The position numbers were made by a program, and so were the translations under genes. This document shows positions 18,701-27,922 of a stretch of 64,000 nucleotides of DNA, in pieces. The notes beneath the pieces are model-generated. The model made no database searches, was not told where the DNA came from, and was given only the letters and a program-made list of their open reading frames with translations. Each line of letters starts with the position of its first letter. Within the stretch, counting starts at the first letter, position 1. The DNA lies in NCBI GenBank assembly GCA_045640225.1, contig JAZUEP010000136.1, forward strand, positions 13,771 through 77,770, given 5' to 3'. The stretch is from Bacteroidales bacterium. GTDB lineage: Bacteria > Bacteroidota > Bacteroidia > Bacteroidales > UBA3663.

Positions 18701-19836
18701 AGGCTGGCCACTCGGTCTGCATCGTGATGACGACAGACGAAACTGAGCGCTGCCTGCCGGAGTTGTTCGATGGCCTCAGCATCGGTCAGCAGACGTTCTA
18801 GCAAGGCGTAATTGTCGTCATCCGCAAAAGGACGCAAATTGATGATACCGCTCGCTTCCACATCATTGAGGAAGCGGGCGTATTCTGTCTCATAGCCACT
18901 GATTACGACCTTGCCCTGGCTGAGACTTTCGAGGGCACCCATGGCAGGCGTATAGCTGTACAATTGGTCGACCACGACATCGGCTTCGGCCACCAGACGA
19001 CGATATTCGGCAAAAGGCACGGATACAATCTTGTGCAGACGGACGCGATCGGGATAGGCTTTGGCCAGTCGATCGAACAAAGGTTCAAGCTGGTCAGTAC
19101 CCTTCATCTGTGCTCGTGTACGTTGTGCTGCAAATAGGATAGACACAGGCCTATCGGTCGATGGCCGATCACTGTGCCCTGCAATATCTCCCTGTTGATC
19201 ATTCGCTGAACCCGCCTCCGGATTGTCCTGAGGCTTAACAGCAAGCGTCAGTACCGGCAGCGGAACATAGTAAAGGCGCGAACGGAACGAAGGTTCGTCG
19301 TACACTTTCCAGTACTCGTACAGACAAGCCACCAGACAGCCGGCATTGGCCATGACGTGACGTGTCAGAGCCGCCTTGTCCGCAGCATTCCAGTTGGCCA
19401 GCCGACGACGGTTGTTGTCGTGCTCGATCGGACGGCCATAGGCCTGGAAGTCGGTATAGTCGAAAAGCTGTGGATCCTGCATACGATTGACCACATAATA
19501 GTCGTCACCGAAACAGCCCACCGATACCAACCGATTGTGACGACGCAAGTAATCGAAGACCCAGCGGTTCCAACGTGCCTTCACATCCAGAAAGACCGGA
19601 TTGATAATCTGCACGACATCGTATCCACGCATACGGGGCAACAGTGTAGCGAGACGCGACAGATACAGCAACGAACCCAAGGGACCGGAATGCTGTCGAC
19701 GAAGGTCAACGTCGCGAGGATAATCCTTCCAGCCATCGCCATCGCTGACGAGCAACACGTCATGCCCTGCGCGCCGCAAGGCCTCGCAGAGTGTGTGATG
19801 AAGGTTGCTGTATTCGCCTATCAGGAGTATCTTCAT
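18625..19836 (-). CDS. GT4/GT1-like glycosyltransferase
   Basis: MKILLIGEYSNLHHTLCEALRRAGHDVLLVSDG is an N-terminal Rossmann beginning. The C-terminal half has a GT-B-like ...YSYTPAMGALESLSQGKVVISG. It starts 11 nt after the CotH stop. Confidence 0.55.
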   Translation of the reverse strand: MKILLIGEYSNLHHTLCEALRRAGHDVLLVSDGDGWKDYPRDVDLRRQHSGPLGSLLYLSRLATLLPRMRGYDVVQIINPVFLDVKARWNRWVFDYLRRHNRLVSVGCFGDDYYVVNRMQDPQLFDYTDFQAYGRPIEHDNNRRRLANWNAADKAALTRHVMANAGCLVACLYEYWKVYDEPSFRSRLYYVPLPVLTLAVKPQDNPEAGSANDQQGDIAGHSDRPSTDRPVSILFAAQRTRAQMKGTDQLEPLFDRLAKAYPDRVRLHKIVSVPFAEYRRLVAEADVVVDQLYSYTPAMGALESLSQGKVVISGYETEYARFLNDVEASGIINLRPFADDDNYALLERLLTDAEAIEQLRQAALSFVCRHHDADRVASLYIEAWSSAMGVGEVSSSSKRSSQR

Positions 19837-19847
19837 ACGAGTTTGTT

Positions 19848-21347
19848 TCAGAGGACAATATGTTTCGAACGACCATGTAAATGAAGCGATGCCTGACGTC
19901 GACGTTCATCTGTGACTGGACGGCCGAAGAGGTCGTAACACGAAGGCGCCTCACTGACCGTGGGCACGACAATGGCCGAGGGAGGTTCGTAGCCATAGTA
20001 GGTATCGAGGAAGGCCAGACGATCGCGAATCCACTGGCAGATGTACGACTGTTCGTCGTCGATGTCGCGTAGCCTGCAGTTCGACGACGACCATCGGTCG
20101 ACCTCACGCTGCCAGGCTCCGGTCGAGCGAAATAGGTCGAAATAATGAGTGAAACGATGCGTCAGCTGTTCTTCGGTCCACCATGTGTTGCGCAATTCGG
20201 CATATCGCACGGCCAACGTATCTTCGTAATGACGATACCACTTGGTGAAACGTGTATGGAAGTTCGATTTGTTCTCAAGCTCCTTCCCTGCCGAAACGCG
20301 ATTGCCTATGTAATCGCGTCCCCACGAGGTATCGAGGTCCCAGGGCGTTACCGACACACGCTGATCGGCCGATGACTGATCGTAGAACCAATAGAAGACG
20401 TTCTTGCCCACGTTGTCGTTAGCATAGAGCAGGTCAATAAAGAGGACATAGTCGATGAAAACAGGGATATCGAAGTACTTGCCAACGCCCTGATTGAACG
20501 TCGTAGAAGTCTTGGCTGCCATGAAGTAGATATTCGAGCGCAATGGCTCCCACGTCCAGGGTTCGCCTTCGGTGGCATCAGGATATTCACCTTGCATGCC
20601 GTCGTATTTAGAACGGGTATTGTCAGGCTCATTGGTCTGATAGAGCAGATAAGGTGTGCGTGTAGAATTGCCATTGACCGCCTTGTAGAGCAAGCCTCGA
20701 TGATAGGCATCGACGTGTACGGGTAACGAATCGGCATCGAGGGCATCGTGTTCCTTCTTATACTTGCGCAACTGTAGTTGCTTGCGGTCCACACGCTCCA
20801 TCAGGCAGAACAGGCCGTAATAGGCCTCGTTGACATACACCTCGACATACTGGCCACGATAGCCATTGATAGCCTTTGGCTCGGCTTCGTGGTGATAGGT
20901 CGGACGCGAAGAATCGAGCCACAGATCCATCGACACACGATTGCGCACCTTACCGAAGTCCGAAGCCATGGCATCGAGTATCCAATAGTTGTCCTTGCGC
21001 ATTCCAGCCAGACGGACATCGACCGACGAGCCTTCCGCATCGACAAACTTCAAGGCGAAGTTAGGCTTTTCGTAGATCAGCGAGGTTGCGCCACGCTGTC
21101 GCACCTTGCAGTCATAGGTGCGCGTACTGTCGGCCTCGTAGAGCGTGAAGGTGGCAGGGATGAACGTCTTCGAGCCAAATCGATCCACATCGTACGTAAG
21201 TGCTACGACAGGCAGCTGGTCGACGTAGGTCAGATCGGGGATGAACTCCTCCGCACCATCATTATCCTGCGGATGAGCCAGGACGTCGAACGACGTCAGG
21301 CAGACGAGGAAGAACACATGCAGGAAGGCCAAAACAGAGAGTTTCAT
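19848..21347 (-). CDS. Secreted CotH family (atypical kinase fold) protein
   Basis: A signal peptide is present. NYWILDAMASDFGKVRNRVSMDLW, NDNVGKNVFYWFYD and VTPWDLDTSWG resemble CotH motifs. Confidence 0.8.
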   Translation of the reverse strand: MKLSVLAFLHVFFLVCLTSFDVLAHPQDNDGAEEFIPDLTYVDQLPVVALTYDVDRFGSKTFIPATFTLYEADSTRTYDCKVRQRGATSLIYEKPNFALKFVDAEGSSVDVRLAGMRKDNYWILDAMASDFGKVRNRVSMDLWLDSSRPTYHHEAEPKAINGYRGQYVEVYVNEAYYGLFCLMERVDRKQLQLRKYKKEHDALDADSLPVHVDAYHRGLLYKAVNGNSTRTPYLLYQTNEPDNTRSKYDGMQGEYPDATEGEPWTWEPLRSNIYFMAAKTSTTFNQGVGKYFDIPVFIDYVLFIDLLYANDNVGKNVFYWFYDQSSADQRVSVTPWDLDTSWGRDYIGNRVSAGKELENKSNFHTRFTKWYRHYEDTLAVRYAELRNTWWTEEQLTHRFTHYFDLFRSTGAWQREVDRWSSSNCRLRDIDDEQSYICQWIRDRLAFLDTYYGYEPPSAIVVPTVSEAPSCYDLFGRPVTDERRRQASLHLHGRSKHIVL

Positions 21348-21371
21348 CAGCGAAGATACTTATTTTTGCTG

Positions 21372-21379
21372 CAAAGATA
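21372..21379 (-). promoter_or_regulatory. -7 promoter box (TATCTTTG) for CotH plus the GT4-like gene
   Basis: Plus strand reads CAAAGATA, 24 nt upstream of the ATG at 21347. Confidence 0.45.
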
Positions 21380-21421
21380 AGCATTTTTGGAGAAAAATGA
21401 CCAACGGAACGTTTTTTTTTG

Positions 21422-21429
21422 TATTTTTG
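21422..21429 (+). promoter_or_regulatory. -7 promoter box (TATTTTTG) for the GT2 gene
   Basis: TATTTTTG followed by CACC, 20 nt upstream of the ATG at 21450. It lies inside the longer 21387 ORF, which argues for the 21450 start. Confidence 0.35.
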
Positions 21430-21449
21430 CACCAAATTTTCTGCATTCC

Positions 21450-22475
21450 ATGCTTCTGAGTATTATAATTCCTGCCTATAACGTCGAAAAGTACATCGCC
21501 GCCTGCCTCGATTCGTGTCTCGGACAAGGCTTGCCGGATGGCGAGATGGAGATCATCGTGGTGGACGATGGTTCGACCGACGCTACGCCTTCGATCCTTG
21601 CTGACTATGCCACATGCCATGACTGCATACGGCTGATGCAACAGGCCAATCAGGGACAGAGCGTGGCCCGTAACAAAGCCATCGAAGCGGCTCGCGGACA
21701 ATACATCTACATGGTAGACAGCGACGACCGCATGATGGTGGACTCTGTCAGCGGACGGACGACATTGCCGATCGAGGCCATGCGCAGTGGACGTTACGAT
21801 ATCATCGGCGTGCAGGTATGGTATCAGCCAGAAAATGGAGAACGTCGGACCTGGAGTCACCAGATGGAACGCTGGCCATTCGACCAGGAATATGGGACGG
21901 GAGCCGACTTTCTGGCCACACACAACATTGAGGGACTGGTCTATGGTTACGTCTTCAGCAAACGACTGTTCGACCAACATCCTGAACTGCGCTTCACGCC
22001 TGGCATCTACCATCAGGACGAAGAACTGATCTTCAAGATCTTCACCCTGGCCGGACGGACAGTTTACAAGCGCGGATACACCTATCTCTACTATGAACAC
22101 ACGGGCAGCAGCATCAACACGCGTACCGAACAACGTCGTCGCAAGCTGATGGACGACTACCTGACCATACTACACAACCTCACGGCCTGGCGGGACCGCT
22201 ATGGTTCGGATGATCATCGCTCGCGGCAGCTAAACGATGTGATGCATTACAAGCTGTCGTATCTGGCCATGGACAACTTGCGCAAACTGATACACGACGG
22301 ATACGACACGGATTACATCCTGTACTTCATCGGCGAGTTGCAACGCCTGGGACTCTACCCTCTGCCGTGGCTGAAGGAGGTAAAATATGTGGGCATGAAG
22401 TTGCTGACCTGCAGACCACGTCTCGTGGCATGGTGGGCACGGAATCGGAAGTTGAACCAAATGATCGGATTCTGA
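21450..22475 (+). CDS. Family 2 glycosyltransferase
   Basis: MLLSIIIPAYNVEKYIAACLDSCLGQ...EIIVVDDGSTD...YMVDSDD. The track ORF starts at 21387, but the family-typical N-terminus and the promoter box favour 21450. Confidence 0.85.
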   Translation: MLLSIIIPAYNVEKYIAACLDSCLGQGLPDGEMEIIVVDDGSTDATPSILADYATCHDCIRLMQQANQGQSVARNKAIEAARGQYIYMVDSDDRMMVDSVSGRTTLPIEAMRSGRYDIIGVQVWYQPENGERRTWSHQMERWPFDQEYGTGADFLATHNIEGLVYGYVFSKRLFDQHPELRFTPGIYHQDEELIFKIFTLAGRTVYKRGYTYLYYEHTGSSINTRTEQRRRKLMDDYLTILHNLTAWRDRYGSDDHRSRQLNDVMHYKLSYLAMDNLRKLIHDGYDTDYILYFIGELQRLGLYPLPWLKEVKYVGMKLLTCRPRLVAWWARNRKLNQMIGF

Positions 22476-22478
22476 GCC

Positions 22479-23492
22479 ATGGCAAAACAGCGACTTACCT
22501 GGATCGACCTGGCCAAGGTGATATCCATCTGCCTGGTTACCTCGTACCACACTCCTCCCCCACTGACTGGCTATACGGCACAGCTCATCCAGCTGCTGCG
22601 AATGCCGGCATTCTTTCTGATCGCAGGCTTTCTGTTCGACGATCAGCGTTTCACGAGCCTGAAAGCACTATTCGTGCATCGCGCTCGCCAGCTACTGATT
22701 CCCTATGTCGCCTTCGAGGCATTGCTGATCGCCCTCACTTGTCACGATACGAACTCGTTACGCGAAGCCTCGCTCAACGCCCTGTTGGGACACCCTTCGG
22801 TGTGCTATCCGCTATGGTTCCTGGTGTGTCTGTTCGGTATGCAGATGGTACACTACATTGGCATCAAGCTCTGTCATCGACTGTGTCCTAAGGCCGGGTA
22901 TACCCAGGGCAGAAGCCTCGGATTGCTGGCCGTATACATCGTTGTCTGTACAGTGCTTTCTCCTCTTGAACTGACACATCATTTTCAGATCAATGCCATT
23001 GTCATCAACCTGCCCTTCTATGCAGCAGCCAACTGCTGCAAGTCGTTGATACGCGACATTGACTGGCAGAAATATCGAACGACAGCAGTCTGCCTATTAG
23101 GCGGACTGCTGCTGGTAGCACTGAAATATCGATGGGGAGAAGTCGGTGAAGGATGGCTCCATGGTGCCGTCTATTACTTGATGCATCTGGCGGCCGGATT
23201 GCTCTTGCTACCGCCCTATATTGCCACCTGTAAGGCTATCGGAAAGGCCATCGGTCCACAGCCTCTCGTAGAGTATCTGGGCAGTAATACAGTCGTAATA
23301 CTGGCTCTCCACACCTATTATATTATTATTGTAGAACATCTGATAGGCCAAACAAGCCTGACAGAAGGTGGATTGTGGCTGAATCCGTTGCTTACCATTG
23401 CGGTAGTATTGGGTCATCTTCCTATCATCTGGATCATCAACCGTTGGCTGCCATGGCTGCTCGGTAGAGGGCGTCGAACTGACGTGCGATGA
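22479..23492 (+). CDS. Acyltransferase family 3 (membrane O-acyltransferase)
   Basis: LTWIDLAKVISICLVTSYHT, with about 10 hydrophobic segments. Confidence 0.75.
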   Translation: MAKQRLTWIDLAKVISICLVTSYHTPPPLTGYTAQLIQLLRMPAFFLIAGFLFDDQRFTSLKALFVHRARQLLIPYVAFEALLIALTCHDTNSLREASLNALLGHPSVCYPLWFLVCLFGMQMVHYIGIKLCHRLCPKAGYTQGRSLGLLAVYIVVCTVLSPLELTHHFQINAIVINLPFYAAANCCKSLIRDIDWQKYRTTAVCLLGGLLLVALKYRWGEVGEGWLHGAVYYLMHLAAGLLLLPPYIATCKAIGKAIGPQPLVEYLGSNTVVILALHTYYIIIVEHLIGQTSLTEGGLWLNPLLTIAVVLGHLPIIWIINRWLPWLLGRGRRTDVR

Positions 23493-24699
23493 CTTCCGGA
23501 CTATGATGCGCTACGACGTATTCCCGACGCCGGCTGGACAATGTCTGGTCGGCGCGTTGTTGTGGCGTCATTGATGCTCGTACGGACAGGAAGCCATCCA
23601 ACACCTCGACCAGGCCATCGATGTCGCCAGGCTTCACACAGATGCCGCGATTGGACGCCAGCATGGTAGGGATCGAGCCTACTGCCGTTGCAATCACCGG
23701 AAGACCGCATGCCAGGGCTTCGAGCACGGATACAGGCTGATTCTCGTAATTACTGAACATCAGCAAGGCGTCGCTATGCTGCAGCTCGTCGGCCAACAAG
23801 GCGCCACTCTTGGCCTCGACAAAGATCACACATCCTGGCATCAATCCCAGTTCTGCGGCCAAGGCCATCAGTTGTGGCTTGTCGTTCCCCTCGCCTACCA
23901 GACGCAGTTCAAAGTCCGAGCGCTTTTCTCTGAGCCTTGCCAGGGCTTGCAGCATGCCGGAGATGTTCTTCGAGTCGTCGCGCATCCAGCTGACGTGAAC
24001 AAAGCGTGTGCGGCAGCTCTGTGATGCCTTTTTCGAGTTCTGCGAGTCGATGTTATCATTCTGAGCGGCTTGCTGTCCGGCAGGAAGACAGAACACATCG
24101 GTATCGACCACATTGCTGACACGCGTATAATGACGACTGTCCAGTTTCCATTGCTTCATTCCCTTTTCGAGGTTGAGACTGACCGGACAGACATACGAGG
24201 CATCGCGAACGAAAAGACGTCCCAGACGCAATTGTATCGAACTGTCAGGATATGAATCCGGACGCATGTAACGGCTCCAATGTTCGGTGATGAGGTAAGG
24301 TATGCCATACACCTTCCGGAGTAGCCATGGCAGGCCTGCAGCACGGGTCAGGACGTTGACGTGACAAACCTCCGGGCGCTTTCCATCCCAGTAATGACGC
24401 TTCAGATATCGATAGCCTTTCAGATAACCGGCCATCAGCCATGCCAGACGCACAAGACCTGTCAGCAATGGGATTTCGCTCCACGTCTTAGGCACGTACA
24501 CAAGCACCTCGACCAGATGTTCCGATTCGCGACGCGCACAGACTTCAATACTATGATCAGTCTTGACCTCATCGGTCTGAACCATCAGCACACCCACGTC
24601 GTTCAGTCGCGCAACGGCACGGGCATGTTTCTGGATGAACACGCCGTCGCCCGCTACCTTGCGGTTGGGATACCATGCTGTGGTGAACAATACTCGCAT
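23437..24699 (-). CDS. GT4 family glycosyltransferase
   Basis: MRVLFTTAWYPNRKVAGDGVFIQKHARAV. The C-terminal half has FSNYENQPVSVLEALACGLPVIATAVG (E-x7-E type motif). Confidence 0.85.
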   Translation of the reverse strand: MRVLFTTAWYPNRKVAGDGVFIQKHARAVARLNDVGVLMVQTDEVKTDHSIEVCARRESEHLVEVLVYVPKTWSEIPLLTGLVRLAWLMAGYLKGYRYLKRHYWDGKRPEVCHVNVLTRAAGLPWLLRKVYGIPYLITEHWSRYMRPDSYPDSSIQLRLGRLFVRDASYVCPVSLNLEKGMKQWKLDSRHYTRVSNVVDTDVFCLPAGQQAAQNDNIDSQNSKKASQSCRTRFVHVSWMRDDSKNISGMLQALARLREKRSDFELRLVGEGNDKPQLMALAAELGLMPGCVIFVEAKSGALLADELQHSDALLMFSNYENQPVSVLEALACGLPVIATAVGSIPTMLASNRGICVKPGDIDGLVEVLDGFLSVRASMTPQQRADQTLSSRRREYVVAHHSPEVIARQFDALYRAAMAANG

Positions 24700-24762
24700 T
24701 ATGCTGTTGGGTTGAAGAAAGGATCAGAGGTTCAAAGATTGGACTTGCAGGTCTGTCGTTGA

Positions 24763-26022
24763 TTACAGTCTCATGTTGTAGGCTTTGTGACAAAAGATCC
24801 AGACAAAGGCCAGATCGATCAGGTTGCTGGCCAATAGGCCGATACCGACGCCTGTCAGGCCTCCTAAATGGAATCCCCATAGTACGCCAATGGCCAAGAG
24901 CGTCCACGAGACGGTTTCAAGCAACAGGAAGTGCCACGAATGTCCTAGTGCAACAGGCAGGTAACCCATAGGCATATAGATGGCCTTGACGATGATCGAC
25001 AGGGCAGCGATACGCACCATGGGAACTACCGGAAGGAACTCGTCGCTGAACAACAGCGGGACAAGCCACGGAACCAGCACCACGAACAACGCGATGACAG
25101 GCACGACGATCATCAGCAGCACACGCACCTGTTTACGGATCAGTCGATTGCGAGCACGCACGTCGTACGCCAGTTTGGAAAGACGAGGAAAGAAGTCGTT
25201 GGCAATGGCCGTAAAGATCATACCTGTATAGGTGACAGCCAACTGATATCCGGCTTTGTACAGGCCTACGGTCGACAGTGAAGCAACGGCTTCGAGACAA
25301 GTCTGATTGAGCAGGTCGACGCCTTGTGCCAGCACACCCGAAATCAAGAAGGCGGCACCGAGCACGAACATCGGACGCACCTTATTCCATAAGTCCGCAT
25401 TGAGTTCGCCGAGATCAGGACGGACGTTGCACACACGATAACCTAACCAGCAGGTATAGACGGCCGAGAGCGTCATCGTAGACGAAACTCCCCAGATGAC
25501 ACCCCGCACACCCATCGTCACGTAGAAAGGCACGGTCAGTACAACCGATAGCAAGGCAGTAACAGCCAGACTATAGGTCAGCGCCCTGCGCGCCTCGAGG
25601 CTCTTGAGGACAGCCATCTCGATACTCTGCAGCACCATGGCCGCTACAGGTATTGCAACCCATCGCGCCTCGGCCGAATAGCACGAAGCCACGGCCAACG
25701 TCACTGGAATGGAGACGGTAGCCAACAGGCATCCGACAAGACGCAGACGAGCCACCAGACGACGTTGTTCCTGACCTTCAGCCTGGCAAAGTGTAGGCAC
25801 ACTGCTATTGGCCAGGCCAAAGCCCATCAATGTGGACAGAAGGTTGGTCAGCGTACCATACAGAGCAGCCAGACCTACACCGGTTGCTCCGATATAAAGG
25901 GCAGCAAACTTCACACGAATCACGGCCGCCAGTACCGAGAACGACTGTGCGCCACCAAAGACGGCAATCGCCTTGGCCAGCGTACGGCTGCTGGGTGTCG
26001 AAGTATTTCTGCTCTCTTCCAT
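24763..26022 (-). CDS. Oligosaccharide flippase (Wzx/MOP-type polysaccharide biosynthesis protein)
   Basis: 419 aa and polytopic. The beginning LAKAIAVFGGAQSFSVLAAVIRVKFAALYIGATGVGL resembles WzxE-like O-antigen translocases. Confidence 0.75.
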   Translation of the reverse strand: MEESRNTSTPSSRTLAKAIAVFGGAQSFSVLAAVIRVKFAALYIGATGVGLAALYGTLTNLLSTLMGFGLANSSVPTLCQAEGQEQRRLVARLRLVGCLLATVSIPVTLAVASCYSAEARWVAIPVAAMVLQSIEMAVLKSLEARRALTYSLAVTALLSVVLTVPFYVTMGVRGVIWGVSSTMTLSAVYTCWLGYRVCNVRPDLGELNADLWNKVRPMFVLGAAFLISGVLAQGVDLLNQTCLEAVASLSTVGLYKAGYQLAVTYTGMIFTAIANDFFPRLSKLAYDVRARNRLIRKQVRVLLMIVVPVIALFVVLVPWLVPLLFSDEFLPVVPMVRIAALSIIVKAIYMPMGYLPVALGHSWHFLLLETVSWTLLAIGVLWGFHLGGLTGVGIGLLASNLIDLAFVWIFCHKAYNMRL

Positions 26023-26049
26023 TTTGCAAAGGGGAAAAACGATGGCCGA

Positions 26050-26703
26050 TCAGCCAACGTGGCAATCGGGTGTCACATCCGTAGCATGAACCTCGGCAGG
26101 AACGCCGGTCAGCATTACATGTCCTTCAGGGTGTGTGGCGACATAATTGCGGGTGCAGACAGCGCCACTGCCCACTACGCTGTGAGGTGGTATCTGTGTG
26201 CCGCGAAGCAGCTGGGTGCGGAATCCCAGGTAGCAACCGTCGCCTACGACGATAGGCTTGGTCATGGGCTGTACTTCGCCACGATGACTTACCGGATGTC
26301 CGGCCGTATCACAGATGTATATCTCGCCGGCCAATACATTGTGTCCCAAGGTGACCTGGCTGGCACACTCAATCTGGCTATCACGGGCGATGTAGACGTC
26401 GCGGCCGGTCGAAAACGTGGCACCACGATGAATATACAGACAACTATCCACACCGATGCGCACCGGTCCGGCCACCTGCCACGTCCCATGCAGAGTCAGC
26501 TGCGCCTTTCCAGCAGCAGCCTTGTACGTCTCGTGACGACTGCCCAGGCGTACGATGCCACGATGCACCTCGGACGGCAGCACGATACGAGCCTCACGCC
26601 CAAGGTCAAGACGCAAACGTCCATCCACCACGATGGGCAGATGCCATGCCTGACGCCAAGGCAACAGGCCGAAGTTCAGTTTGAGGGTAGCCAGTAGGTT
26701 CAT
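26050..26703 (-). CDS. Left-handed beta-helix (hexapeptide-repeat) acyl/acetyltransferase
   Basis: Hexapeptide-like turns: VTLGHNVLAGEIYICD, VVGDGCYLGFRTQLLRGTQIPPHSVVGSGAV. Confidence 0.65.
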   Translation of the reverse strand: MNLLATLKLNFGLLPWRQAWHLPIVVDGRLRLDLGREARIVLPSEVHRGIVRLGSRHETYKAAAGKAQLTLHGTWQVAGPVRIGVDSCLYIHRGATFSTGRDVYIARDSQIECASQVTLGHNVLAGEIYICDTAGHPVSHRGEVQPMTKPIVVGDGCYLGFRTQLLRGTQIPPHSVVGSGAVCTRNYVATHPEGHVMLTGVPAEVHATDVTPDCHVG

Positions 26704-26760
26704 GGGCTTGCTGGGTTGTTATTGGACGAAACGTTTTTCTTCGAAAGCGATACAGATTTC

Positions 26761-27852
26761 CTATAGGGCGAAACTGTTGACGGCTTCGATGACCATCTCT
26801 ACTTCGGCATCGGTCATTGTCTGGTTACAAGGCAACGAAAGCTCCTGTGCGGCAATGCGTTCGCTGATGGGGAAATGCAAGTGCTGCCACTCGCTGTAGG
26901 CCTGTTGCTGATGTGGAGCAATCGGGTAATGGATCTGCGTCTGTACGCCCTTGGCTGTCAGATGCTGCTGAAGGGCATCACGATCGCTGCAAAGTACCGG
27001 ATAGATGTGGTAGACGTGATGAATCGTATGAGCAACCGGCAACTTCACCAACGGATTCTGAATCTTCGAAGCATAACATTCGGCAATCTCACGACGTCGC
27101 TGGTTCGTGGCATCAAGGTCGCGCAACTTGATGCGAAGCACAGCCGCCTGTAGTTCGTCCATGCGCGAATTACAACCCTTATAACGATTCACGTACTTGC
27201 GTTCCGATCCGTAGAACGCCAGCTGACGAATCACCTCGACAAGGCGCTTGTCGTCCGACGTCACAGCACCGGCATCGCCCAGGGCACCGAGATTCTTACC
27301 GGGATAGAAGCTCCATGCGCACGTACCTTCCACCGGTATGCCATGGCACTGAGCCGCATCCTGCAACACCTGAAGGCCATAACGAAGCGCTACGGCATTG
27401 AGGGCCGACATGTCGCATTGCTGGCCATAAAGGTGCACGGGCAAGAGAGCCTTGATCGGATGATCGGCATCGGACCGGCGAATGGCCTCCTCGACATTGC
27501 GCGCATCCAGCAGGAAGGTATCAGGATCTGGTTCGACAGGAACCGGCACCAAGCCATTGTCGCTCACTGCCAGAATCGAGGCAATATACGTGTTGGCCGG
27601 TACTATCACGCCATCGCCAGGATGCAGCAGACCCATCTCGATCCAGGCACGAAGCACGAGGCGAAGCGCATCCAGGCCATTGGCACAAGCCACGCAATTG
27701 CGGGCATTGTTATAGGTGGCCCATTCCTGTTCGAAGGCTGTCACCTGACGGCCGAACAGATACCACCCCGAATCGACCACATCGAGCAGTGCCTGCTTGA
27801 TATCGGCCTCATAAGGGGCATTCAGACGATGAAGATCAAGGTAGGGAAGCAT
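26761..27852 (-). CDS. DegT/DnrJ/EryC1/StrS family sugar aminotransferase (FdtB/QdtB/WecE-like)
   Basis: MLPYLDLHRLNAPYEADIKQALLDVVDSGWYLFG, FYPGKNLGALGDAGAVTSDD (the PLP-lysine region) and NSRMDELQAAVL. Confidence 0.9.
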   Translation of the reverse strand: MLPYLDLHRLNAPYEADIKQALLDVVDSGWYLFGRQVTAFEQEWATYNNARNCVACANGLDALRLVLRAWIEMGLLHPGDGVIVPANTYIASILAVSDNGLVPVPVEPDPDTFLLDARNVEEAIRRSDADHPIKALLPVHLYGQQCDMSALNAVALRYGLQVLQDAAQCHGIPVEGTCAWSFYPGKNLGALGDAGAVTSDDKRLVEVIRQLAFYGSERKYVNRYKGCNSRMDELQAAVLRIKLRDLDATNQRRREIAECYASKIQNPLVKLPVAHTIHHVYHIYPVLCSDRDALQQHLTAKGVQTQIHYPIAPHQQQAYSEWQHLHFPISERIAAQELSLPCNQTMTDAEVEMVIEAVNSFAL

Positions 27853-27859
27853 CCTTTAA

Positions 27860-27901
27860 AATTACGAATTACAAATTACGAATTACGAATTACGAATTAC
27901 G
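27860..27901. repeat. Six tandem heptamers (AATTACG)n in an intergenic spacer
   Basis: AATTACG AATTACA AATTACG AATTACG AATTACG AATTACG, lying between the stop at 27923 and the start at 27852. Confidence 0.9.
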
Positions 27902-27922
27902 GGGTATTGTGCACCGAATGAA

